From a bacterium (lineage in GTDB: Bacteria; Desulfobacterota; Binatia; Binatales; Binataceae), in the NCBI GenBank assembly GCA_014896235.1, contig JADBKU010000001.1:69594-133593 (forward strand): a stretch of DNA of 64,000 bases. The letters run 5' to 3'. The notes beneath the pieces are model-generated. The model was not told the DNA's origin. It saw only the letters and a list, made by a program, of their open reading frames with translations, and searched no databases. The translations under genes and the position numbers were made by a program. Below, one piece after another: positions 57,018-64,000 of this stretch. Every line of letters starts with the position of its first letter. Within the stretch, counting starts at the first letter, position 1.

Positions 57018-57497
57018 ATGACGTTTTCGTACTATTCCCTCGCCCCGCTCAATTCGGTCCTGAACAGCATCGCCGCGGTCCTGTTGCTGGCCGGTTTCGT
57101 ATTTATCCGGATGCGCTGGATTCGGGCGCATCGCGCCTGCATGCTGAGCGCCTTCACGGTCTCGGCGCTGTTCTTCATCTCCTACGCGACCTATCATTAT
57201 CACGTCGGCGACGTGCGCTTTCAGGGACGGGGCGCGATCCGTCCAGTCTATTTCAGCATCCTGATTTCGCACATCATTCTCGCCACGGCGATCGTGCCGC
57301 TGGCGCTGATTACGCTGTGGCGGGCGCTGCGCGGCAACTTCGCGCGCCATCGCAAGATTGCGCGCTGGACCTGGCCGATCTGGATGTACGTGTCGATTAC
57401 AGGGGTGGTCGTCTATCTGCTCTGCTACCGCCTCTATCCTCCGGGCTACAAAGTCCCCCTCTCGCAATCCTCCGCGATGTCCGTCTCATCGCGATAG
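57018..57497 (+). CDS. DUF420 family membrane protein
   Basis: Four TM helices with the pattern typical of DUF420 (…FISYATYHY…, …HIILAT…). Confidence 0.65.
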   Translation: MTFSYYSLAPLNSVLNSIAAVLLLAGFVFIRMRWIRAHRACMLSAFTVSALFFISYATYHYHVGDVRFQGRGAIRPVYFSILISHIILATAIVPLALITLWRALRGNFARHRKIARWTWPIWMYVSITGVVVYLLCYRLYPPGYKVPLSQSSAMSVSSR

Positions 57498-57870
57498 CTT
57501 CGTTCTCGGAAATTGACTTCTTTAGCGATGACTCCGAAGGTTTTTTCCCCTAAGTAAATGCTCATTGCGAAGACGGCAATAAAGAGACTGTATATCAAGT
57601 TAATAGTCAGCTAGTTTCCGATGTCGCGTAGCGTATTTTGAAGGCTCTTGGGTGCTTCTTCCAAGGATTCCAGGCCTAAATCTGCGAACCGGATATCGCC
57701 GCGTCTGATTCGTTCAGTCGTTTTTTGGTCAGATCGATCCGCTATCTGATCGCATCGATGCTCTTTGCGGGTATATCGTCTGTTATCGTTTTGTCTTACC
57801 CTGCCGGTGGCGGATTAGTCGCTTCGCTCTTCTGGTCGTATGCCGTTGTCGGGCGGCGCTTTGTATCATT

Positions 57871-57906
57871 AAAAAAAGGCGGCGGGGCCGTTGAGGCTCC
57901 GCCGCC
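57871..57906 (-). terminator. rho-independent terminator of the minus-strand alpha/beta-hydrolase gene
   Basis: On the minus strand: GGCGGCGGAGCC-tcaac-GGCCCCGCCGCC followed by TTTTTTT (plus-strand A7 at 57871-57877), about 29 nt after the stop codon. Confidence 0.65.
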
Positions 57907-57934
57907 GTTGTAGTTCGGTCGTAAGATTAGACGG

Positions 57935-58717
57935 CTAGCTCTTCAAAAAGCCGCGCACCGCCTGGATGAACGCTTCGGGCTGTTCGTACATCGGCAGATG
58001 GCCCGCCGCCTTGATCGTCTCGGTCTTCGTATTCTTGATCCGTTTGGCGAATTCGCCCGCATAAATCGGTGGCACCAGCCGATCCGACTCGCCCCACAGG
58101 AGCAGGGTCGGCGCGGCGATCCGGTGCGCCCGCTTCTTCAGGCCGCGATCGGGAATCGGCCACAGGAACTTCGACGCCATCGCGAGCCGCTTGGTCCGCT
58201 CGACGTACATCTCGACCAACTGTTCCTGATCGTCCGGAATCGCCAGGAAAAGCTGCGCAATCGGCGATTTCGGATCGTGGAACAGGTAGCTGCCCAGTTC
58301 GCTCAGGTCGAGCGCGAAGAAATCGGGTATCGGATGTTCGTCGAGCCAGAAGCCGGCCGAACCGACCAGCACCAGCTTTTTCGCGCGATGGACGTCCAGC
58401 GCCGCCGTTTCCGCCGCCAGCATCCCGCCCATCGAATGGCCGACGATGTGCGCGCTCGGGATGCCCAGTTCGTCCATCAACTGATGGTAGAACAGAGCCG
58501 CATCCACCACGTCTTCGATCAACTCGCCGCCAGTGGTCTCGCCGAAGCCGGGCAGATGCGGGGCGATTACGCGAAAGTCCTTGCCCAGTTCTTCAAGAAA
58601 CGGGTCGAATCCCGTCAGGCCGCCCGCGCCGTGGATATAGAGCAGCGGCTCGCCGGAGCCGAATTCCCAGGTTTCGACGGAAAACTTGCCGTCGCGGATT
58701 TTGTGAGTCGTCTTCAT
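57935..58717 (-). CDS. alpha/beta-fold hydrolase (meta-cleavage-product hydrolase BphD/HsaD-like)
   Basis: HGAGG… oxyanion region, GHSMGG nucleophile elbow, and a C-terminal AGHLPMYE His. Confidence 0.85.
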   Translation of the reverse strand: MKTTHKIRDGKFSVETWEFGSGEPLLYIHGAGGLTGFDPFLEELGKDFRVIAPHLPGFGETTGGELIEDVVDAALFYHQLMDELGIPSAHIVGHSMGGMLAAETAALDVHRAKKLVLVGSAGFWLDEHPIPDFFALDLSELGSYLFHDPKSPIAQLFLAIPDDQEQLVEMYVERTKRLAMASKFLWPIPDRGLKKRAHRIAAPTLLLWGESDRLVPPIYAGEFAKRIKNTKTETIKAAGHLPMYEQPEAFIQAVRGFLKS

Positions 58718-58719
58718 GC

Positions 58720-60024
58720 TTACTTCGCGCTCCGGCTTTCATGGGCGGCCGGGCTTGCCGCGTGTACGGTCTTGCCGTTGGTCTCGACGCGCCGGAAATC
58801 GAGCGGCGCGGGCATCGCGCGCTCCGCATCCGGCAGCGGCTTCGGCGACCATTTGTCTTCGAAATTCGACCACAGTCCGCGCATGTGCGGCATGACCTCG
58901 CGGGCGAACAGTTCCATGTTCAGGCGCACCAGCTCGGGCGGCATCGAGCCGATCTGCTGCAGCATCATCAGATGGCCGCAGTTGAGGCTCTTCATCGCCT
59001 CGGTCAGCCGTTCGCGGACGGTCTTTGGCGAGCCGGCGATGATATAGCCATCGTTGACGAAATCCTTCCAGGTCAGGCCCTCGCGACGGAGCGACGCTTC
59101 CTTGCCGACCTGCGCCACGATTCCGGCCCGGATCGTGCTCGGCGTGCGATAGCCCGGCGCGTCGGCGAAGCCGTTATAAACGTGCAGGCAGCGGTTGTAG
59201 AAGTAATCCATGTGGGGCGCGTAAAGCTCTTCGGCCTCTTGGTCGGTGTTAGCGACGGCGATTACCTGCGCGAAGCCGAGGCTGTAAGGATTCAGCTCCT
59301 TGCCCTTTTTCGCCATCACCTTCCAGTAGCCGTCGGCGACTTTCTTGCCGGCCTTGTAGCCGAAGTAGGAAAGGAAGCTGTACTGATGGCCGTGGTCGGC
59401 GCAGAAGTCCCACGTTTCGATCGAGCCGCCGCCGGGAATCCAGATCGGGGGATGGGGCTGCTGGAGCGGCTTCGGCCACAGGTTGACGTAGCGCAGCTTG
59501 GTGTATTTGCCGTTGAAGGAGAAGACGTCCGGCTCCGTCCAGGCGCGCAGAATCAGATCGTGCGCCTCGTAGTACTTCTCGCGTATCGTGGCCGGCACTT
59601 CGCCATAGCAGAAGTTCACGTCCATCGAGGTGCCGACCGGAAAGCCCGCGACCAGCCGCCCGCCGCTGATCACGTCGAGCATCGCGAATTCTTCGGCCAC
59701 GCGGACAGGCGGATTGTACAGCGCGATCGAGTTGCCAAGCACCACCAGCGCGGCGTTGCGCGTGCGGCGCGCCATCGCGGCCGCCATGATATTCGGCGAC
59801 GGCATCAGGCCGTAGCCGTTCTGATGATGTTCGTTGACGCCGAGACCGTCGAAGCCTAGGCGGTCCGCCAATTCGAGCTGGTCGAGGTAGTCGTTGTACA
59901 GTCGATGCCCAATTTTGGGGTCGTAGAGATTGCGTGGAATATCCACCCAGACGCTGCGATATTTGTCCTTGAAGCCTTCGGGCAGATAGCGGTACGGCAT
60001 CAGGTGGAACCACGTGAATTTCAT
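58720..60024 (-). CDS. LLM-class flavin-dependent oxidoreductase
   Basis: …LGFDGLGVNEHHQNGYGLMPSP…; 434 aa. Its stop overlaps the downstream hydrolase start (operon). Confidence 0.85.
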   Translation of the reverse strand: MKFTWFHLMPYRYLPEGFKDKYRSVWVDIPRNLYDPKIGHRLYNDYLDQLELADRLGFDGLGVNEHHQNGYGLMPSPNIMAAAMARRTRNAALVVLGNSIALYNPPVRVAEEFAMLDVISGGRLVAGFPVGTSMDVNFCYGEVPATIREKYYEAHDLILRAWTEPDVFSFNGKYTKLRYVNLWPKPLQQPHPPIWIPGGGSIETWDFCADHGHQYSFLSYFGYKAGKKVADGYWKVMAKKGKELNPYSLGFAQVIAVANTDQEAEELYAPHMDYFYNRCLHVYNGFADAPGYRTPSTIRAGIVAQVGKEASLRREGLTWKDFVNDGYIIAGSPKTVRERLTEAMKSLNCGHLMMLQQIGSMPPELVRLNMELFAREVMPHMRGLWSNFEDKWSPKPLPDAERAMPAPLDFRRVETNGKTVHAASPAAHESRSAK

Positions 60025-60303
60025 AGGGCTTCTCCTTGGCGATCTCGATCCTCGGTTCCGAGGGCCGCGTTAAATTATAACAGAATAGGCGAGGGTGGAA
60101 GCATTTAATCGCAATCCTGCTGGGCTTTCGACCTTGCGGCGGGAGGTCTGGGTTGATCGGGAAGTGGCAGCCGGGTACGTCGCCGCGGTTGTTATCGGGC
60201 CTGAGGATTTTGCGCGGACGGTTCGTCCGGATAAACTTGACGCAAATCCGTTGTAAACTGCGATCGGCGGCCATGCCGAGCATTGCAAGACAGGTAAAAG
60301 CGA

Positions 60304-60735
60304 GTGAAAGCTAAATTGCAGGACGATCTGAAAGCCGCGATGAAAAGCGGCGACAAGCTGCGCCTGATGACGGTGCGCGGCGTGCTCGCCGAGATTACCC
60401 GGCTTGAAAAAGACGTCCGGCGCGAGGCCAACGAGGCCGAGATCATTCAGATTATCAAGCGTGAGCGGGCCCGGCGCGACGAATCGCTCGAATTCGCGCG
60501 CAAAGGCGGCCGTGCCGATCTGGTCGAGCAATACGAAGGCGAGGCGAAGATTCTCGACAACTATCTACCCGCCGCGATCGGCGCCGACGAGGTTCGCGCG
60601 TTCGTCGCCGAGCGGATTGGCGCCGGCGTCAATCAAATTGGTCCGCTGATGAAGGCTCTGCGCGATCGTTTCGGCGCGGCGCTCGACGGCAAGATGGCGA
60701 GCGAAATCGTCAAGACGGCGCTTGCGTCCAAATGA
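60304..60735 (+). CDS. GatB/YqeY domain protein
   Basis: GTG start. MKAKLQDDLKAAMKSGDKLRL…IKRERARRDESLEFARKGGRADLVEQYEGE… is typical YqeY. Confidence 0.8.
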   Translation: MKAKLQDDLKAAMKSGDKLRLMTVRGVLAEITRLEKDVRREANEAEIIQIIKRERARRDESLEFARKGGRADLVEQYEGEAKILDNYLPAAIGADEVRAFVAERIGAGVNQIGPLMKALRDRFGAALDGKMASEIVKTALASK

Positions 60736-60897
60736 CGCCGCTGTCGTAGCTATCAACAAGCATGCCTATGCCCGTTAAAACATCGGCGGCGCCGTCGCCA
60801 AAAGCTGTGCATTACCGGCCGGAACCGACGTGTTTTCGCTATGCCAGTCTGATAAATTGACTTGACATGCGCTCATGGAGGAAGACGCGCGCCAGCT

Positions 60898-62154
60898 ATG
60901 ACACGCAACTTTGACCGCCGAGTAGTCGTGACCGGGGTGGGCCTCGTGACGCCTCTGGGCACCGGCGTCGAGAAGAATTGGGAAGCGCTGATGTCCGGCC
61001 GGTCCGGTATCGGACCGATCGATCGCTTCGAGCTTGAAGATTTCCCCACCCGGATCGCGGGCGAAGTGAGGGATTTCAATCCGCTCGATTGGATCGAGAA
61101 AAAAGACGTCCGCAAGATGGACCTCTTTATCCAGTACGCGATGGGCGCAACCGAGCAGGCGATGCGTCAGTCGGGCCTGCAAATCACGGAGGACAACGCC
61201 GACAACGTCGGCGTGCTGGTCGGCGTAGGAATCGGCGGATTGCTGACGATCGAGGAAAATCATCTTATTTTTCTCGACAGCCGGCTTAAGCGGCTTACGC
61301 CGTTCTTTATCCCCAAGCTGATTTCGAACCTCGCGCCCGGCCAAATTTCGATCCGTTACGGCGCCCGCGGCGCCAACTTCTCCACCACGAGCGCTTGCGC
61401 ATCGGGTAGTCATGCGATCGGCGAGGCGTTCCGGATGATCCGCGCGGGCTATCTGGACGCTGCGATTACCGGCGGCGCCGAGGCCGCGATTACGCCGCTG
61501 GGCATCGGTGGTTTCGTCGCGATGCGTGCGCTTTCGACGCGCAACGACAATCCAACCGCGGCGAGCCGCCCTTTCGACCGCGAGCGCGACGGATTCGTGA
61601 TGGCGGAGGGTTCCGCAAGCCTGATTCTTGAAGAGCGCGAGTCGGCGCTCAAGCGCGGCGCGAAAATCCTGGCTGAAGTGGTGGGCTATTTCGCGAACGC
61701 CGATGCCTACCATATAACTTCGCCGTCGCCGGACGGGCAGGGCGCCGCGCGCTGCATGCGCCGGTGTCTCGAAGACGGCGGCATCGATCCGTCCGAGGTC
61801 GACTATATCAACGCCCACGGCACTTCGACGCCTCAAGGCGATATCGCGGAGACGCAGGCGATCAAGCACGTTTTCGGCGAGCATGCGGCGCGGCTTGCGG
61901 TCAGCTCGACGAAATCGATGACCGGTCACGCGCTCGGCGCGGCCGGCGCGATCGAGTCGGTTTTCACGGTGCTGACGATCGTGAATGGCATGATGCCGCC
62001 GACGATTAACTACGAATACCCCGATCCGGAATGTGATCTCGATTACGTGCCGAATCACGCGCGCGCCAGGCGGATCCGGGTCGCTCTCAACAATTCGTTC
62101 GGTTTCGGCGGGACCAACACCACGTTGGCCTTCCGGCCCGCGGATGGAAAATAG
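60898..62154 (+). CDS. fabF: beta-ketoacyl-ACP synthase II
   Basis: RRVVVTGVGLVTPLG…, Cys in TTSACASG, HGTSTPQGD and KSMTGHALGAAG His motifs. Start set at MTRNFD (ATG 60898); the track start is TTG 60862. Confidence 0.9.
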   Translation: MTRNFDRRVVVTGVGLVTPLGTGVEKNWEALMSGRSGIGPIDRFELEDFPTRIAGEVRDFNPLDWIEKKDVRKMDLFIQYAMGATEQAMRQSGLQITEDNADNVGVLVGVGIGGLLTIEENHLIFLDSRLKRLTPFFIPKLISNLAPGQISIRYGARGANFSTTSACASGSHAIGEAFRMIRAGYLDAAITGGAEAAITPLGIGGFVAMRALSTRNDNPTAASRPFDRERDGFVMAEGSASLILEERESALKRGAKILAEVVGYFANADAYHITSPSPDGQGAARCMRRCLEDGGIDPSEVDYINAHGTSTPQGDIAETQAIKHVFGEHAARLAVSSTKSMTGHALGAAGAIESVFTVLTIVNGMMPPTINYEYPDPECDLDYVPNHARARRIRVALNNSFGFGGTNTTLAFRPADGK

Positions 62155-62165
62155 CGGTCGCCAGC

Positions 62166-63143
62166 ATGGGTTCGAGAATTGTCGCCACCGGGCGCGCCAC
62201 TCCCCGCACGGTCATCACCAACCACGAACTTGAGCGCCGGATGGACACCTCGGACGAATGGATCCGCACGCGCACCGGCATCTCCCAGCGCTACACGCTT
62301 TGCACCGGCGAATCGCTGGTCGAAGTGGCGGAACGCGCCAGCCGCGAGGCGCTCGCGCGCGCCGGGATGAAGCCTGAGGACCTCGAAGCGATTATCGTCG
62401 GCACGGTATCCTCGGATTTCGGCTTTCCCTCCTTCGCCTGCCAGTTGCAGCATCGGCTCGGCCTGACTTCGATTCCCGCGTTCGACGTCGCCGCGGCCTG
62501 CTCGGGCTTTATTTACGCGCTGAGCGTGGCGGACGCGACGATGCGCGCGGGCGAGTGGAGCCGGGTGCTGCTGATCGGCGCCGACGCGCTCTCGACCATG
62601 GTCGATTGGAACGATCGCTCCACCGCCGTGCTGTTTGGCGACGGCGCGGGCGCGGCGGTGATGGTCAGCGAACCCGGCCAGCGCGGCGTGCTCGGCAGCA
62701 TACTGCGGTCGGCGGGTCAGCACTGGGATTTGCTGTCCGTGCGCAATCGCGGCATCCAGTCGCCGATTGACGCCGAGGCGCGGACGAACCAGAACGACGC
62801 GATCAAAATGAAGGGTCCCGAGCTGTTCAAGATCGCCGTCAAGAGCCTCGAAGACATTACCCGCAGGGTGATCGAGCGCGCCGGCGTTACGCTTGATGAC
62901 ATTTCGCTGATCATTCCGCATCAGGCGAACCTGCGGATTATCAACGCGGTCGGCGAGCGACTCGGAATCAAACCTGAAAAGGTCTTCACGAACGTCGATC
63001 GGTACGGCAACACTTCGGCGGCGTCCGTGCCGATCGCGCTCGACGAAGCGATCGAATCGGGCCGGATTCACGACAACGATTTGGTGTTGCTGAACGCATG
63101 CGGCGGCGGATTGACCTGGGGCGCCAATCTGATTCGCTGGTAG
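62166..63143 (+). CDS. fabH: beta-ketoacyl-ACP synthase III
   Basis: Cys-His-Asn triad (AAACSGFIYAL, PHQANLRII, YGNTSAASVP); 325 aa. Confidence 0.9.
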   Translation: MGSRIVATGRATPRTVITNHELERRMDTSDEWIRTRTGISQRYTLCTGESLVEVAERASREALARAGMKPEDLEAIIVGTVSSDFGFPSFACQLQHRLGLTSIPAFDVAAACSGFIYALSVADATMRAGEWSRVLLIGADALSTMVDWNDRSTAVLFGDGAGAAVMVSEPGQRGVLGSILRSAGQHWDLLSVRNRGIQSPIDAEARTNQNDAIKMKGPELFKIAVKSLEDITRRVIERAGVTLDDISLIIPHQANLRIINAVGERLGIKPEKVFTNVDRYGNTSAASVPIALDEAIESGRIHDNDLVLLNACGGGLTWGANLIRW

Positions 63144-63208
63144 CCGCCGCACGGCAGGATTGGCGCGGCGCGCCCGGCCGTCATAATTGACTACTGCGAA
63201 TGGCGCCA

Positions 63209-64000
63209 TGATCGCGGACCTGATGCGCCGGCGGTTGCTCGTGATGCTGGGCAAGGGCGGCGTTGGCCGCAGCTCCGTGACGGCGGCGATCGCGCTGCTT
63301 GCGTCCCGCCGCGGCCGGCGCACACTCGTGATCGAGGCCGACCCGCGCGCGCCGATCGCCAGTGCATGGGGCGGCCGCCCCAGTTTTGAACCGCTGGAAC
63401 TCGCGCCAAACCTGAGCGCCATGATGCTCGGCGGCCAGGAATCACTCGAGCAATATTTGAGCTTCGTCGCTCCCCGCGCCGTCCTGCGTGCGGTCTTCAG
63501 AAGCCGGATCTACCAATATTTCGTGCATGCCGCGCCCGCAGTGCGCGAATTGACGATGATGGGCAAGGTCTTCCACGAAATCGAGCGGCGCAAGGCCCCG
63601 CTCAAGCCGTGGGACCTAGTGATCTTCGATGCGCCCGCGAGCGGACAGGCGCTTAGCATGATTCGCACGCCGTTCGCCGCCAGCGGCGCCTTTGGCGACA
63701 GCGTCGCCGGACGCGAGGCGCGCAACATCGCGGCGTTGCTTGGCGATTTCGCACGGTGCGGGATCGTCGCGGTGACGACCGCGGAACCGCTCGCGGTCGC
63801 CGAGACGCTTGAGCTCGGCCACGCCGTCGAAGCGCTTAAGATCAGGCTCGCAGCCGCCTTTTTCAATCGCGCTAGCGACGCCCGCTTCACCGCCGCAGAT
63901 ATCGCGCGAGTCGCGCGGCTGGCGGACCGCGACGCGGCGCTCGGCGGCGTTGACGATCTGGCCGAAATCGCGCGCGGCGCGCTGCGCCGCCGCACCCGCG
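63209..64000 (+). CDS. ArsA/GET3-like P-loop ATPase homolog with degenerate motifs (5' partial; runs off the window end)
   Basis: ATG 63209. Deviant Walker A GKGGVGRSS has Arg where the canonical GK[ST] Lys sits. The ArsA signature DTAPTGH appears as FDAPASGQ. No stop before position 64000. Absent from the ORF track because it is unterminated. Confidence 0.55.

Noticed and set aside
1-64000. Search for tRNA, rRNA, integrase, transposase and cas genes
   Set aside because: No cloverleaf-like or rRNA-like non-coding stretch of suitable length and composition was seen in the intergenic regions, and no ORF carries recombinase, DDE or Cas motifs. None is reported.

Overview
This is a gene-dense, high-GC (about 65% by eye) bacterial chromosomal segment. 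No rRNA, tRNA, CRISPR array, integrase or transposase was recognised. Most of the window is catabolic and housekeeping genes, with an unusual number of paralogs: 4 crotonase-fold enoyl-CoA hydratases, 2 family-III (CaiB/BaiF) CoA-transferases, an SCP-x-type thiolase with its DUF35 partner, a nitronate monooxygenase, 2 LLM flavin oxidoreductases, 2 amidohydrolase-2 and 2 D-aminoacylase-like amidohydrolases, an extradiol dioxygenase, a meta-cleavage-type alpha/beta hydrolase and an epoxide hydrolase. There is a pentose-phosphate operon (transketolase, a transaldolase/glucose-6-phosphate-isomerase fusion, 6-phosphogluconolactonase), housekeeping genes (typA, hisC, pth, cutA, fabF, fabH, a GatB/YqeY protein), and envelope genes (an FkbM methyltransferase with a GT4 glycosyltransferase, a polysaccharide deacetylase, a Ycf48-like BNR beta-propeller protein with an MMPL-like RND exporter, tandem paralogous lipoproteins, an AsmA-like giant protein, a BON-domain protein with a Q/Y/G-rich tail). 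The feature most worth follow-up is a roughly 1-kb low-GC islet (about 19.2-20.3 kb) next to a BrnT/BrnA toxin-antitoxin pair. The islet carries an uncharacterised two-gene cassette: a small (about 80 aa) protein abutting a retropepsin-like (clan AA, D-T-G-A) aspartic protease. Other sequence-level oddities are a 19-bp motif repeated at a 30-bp period in a convergent intergenic region, a perfect 12-bp inverted repeat bracketing the TetR start codon, an ArsA-like ATPase with a degenerate Walker A (GKGGVGRS) downstream of fabF-fabH, and several clean intrinsic terminators. Where a start codon was chosen inside a track ORF, it was placed by arithmetic on the ORF track and checked against nearby Shine-Dalgarno-like motifs; these start calls are inferences.
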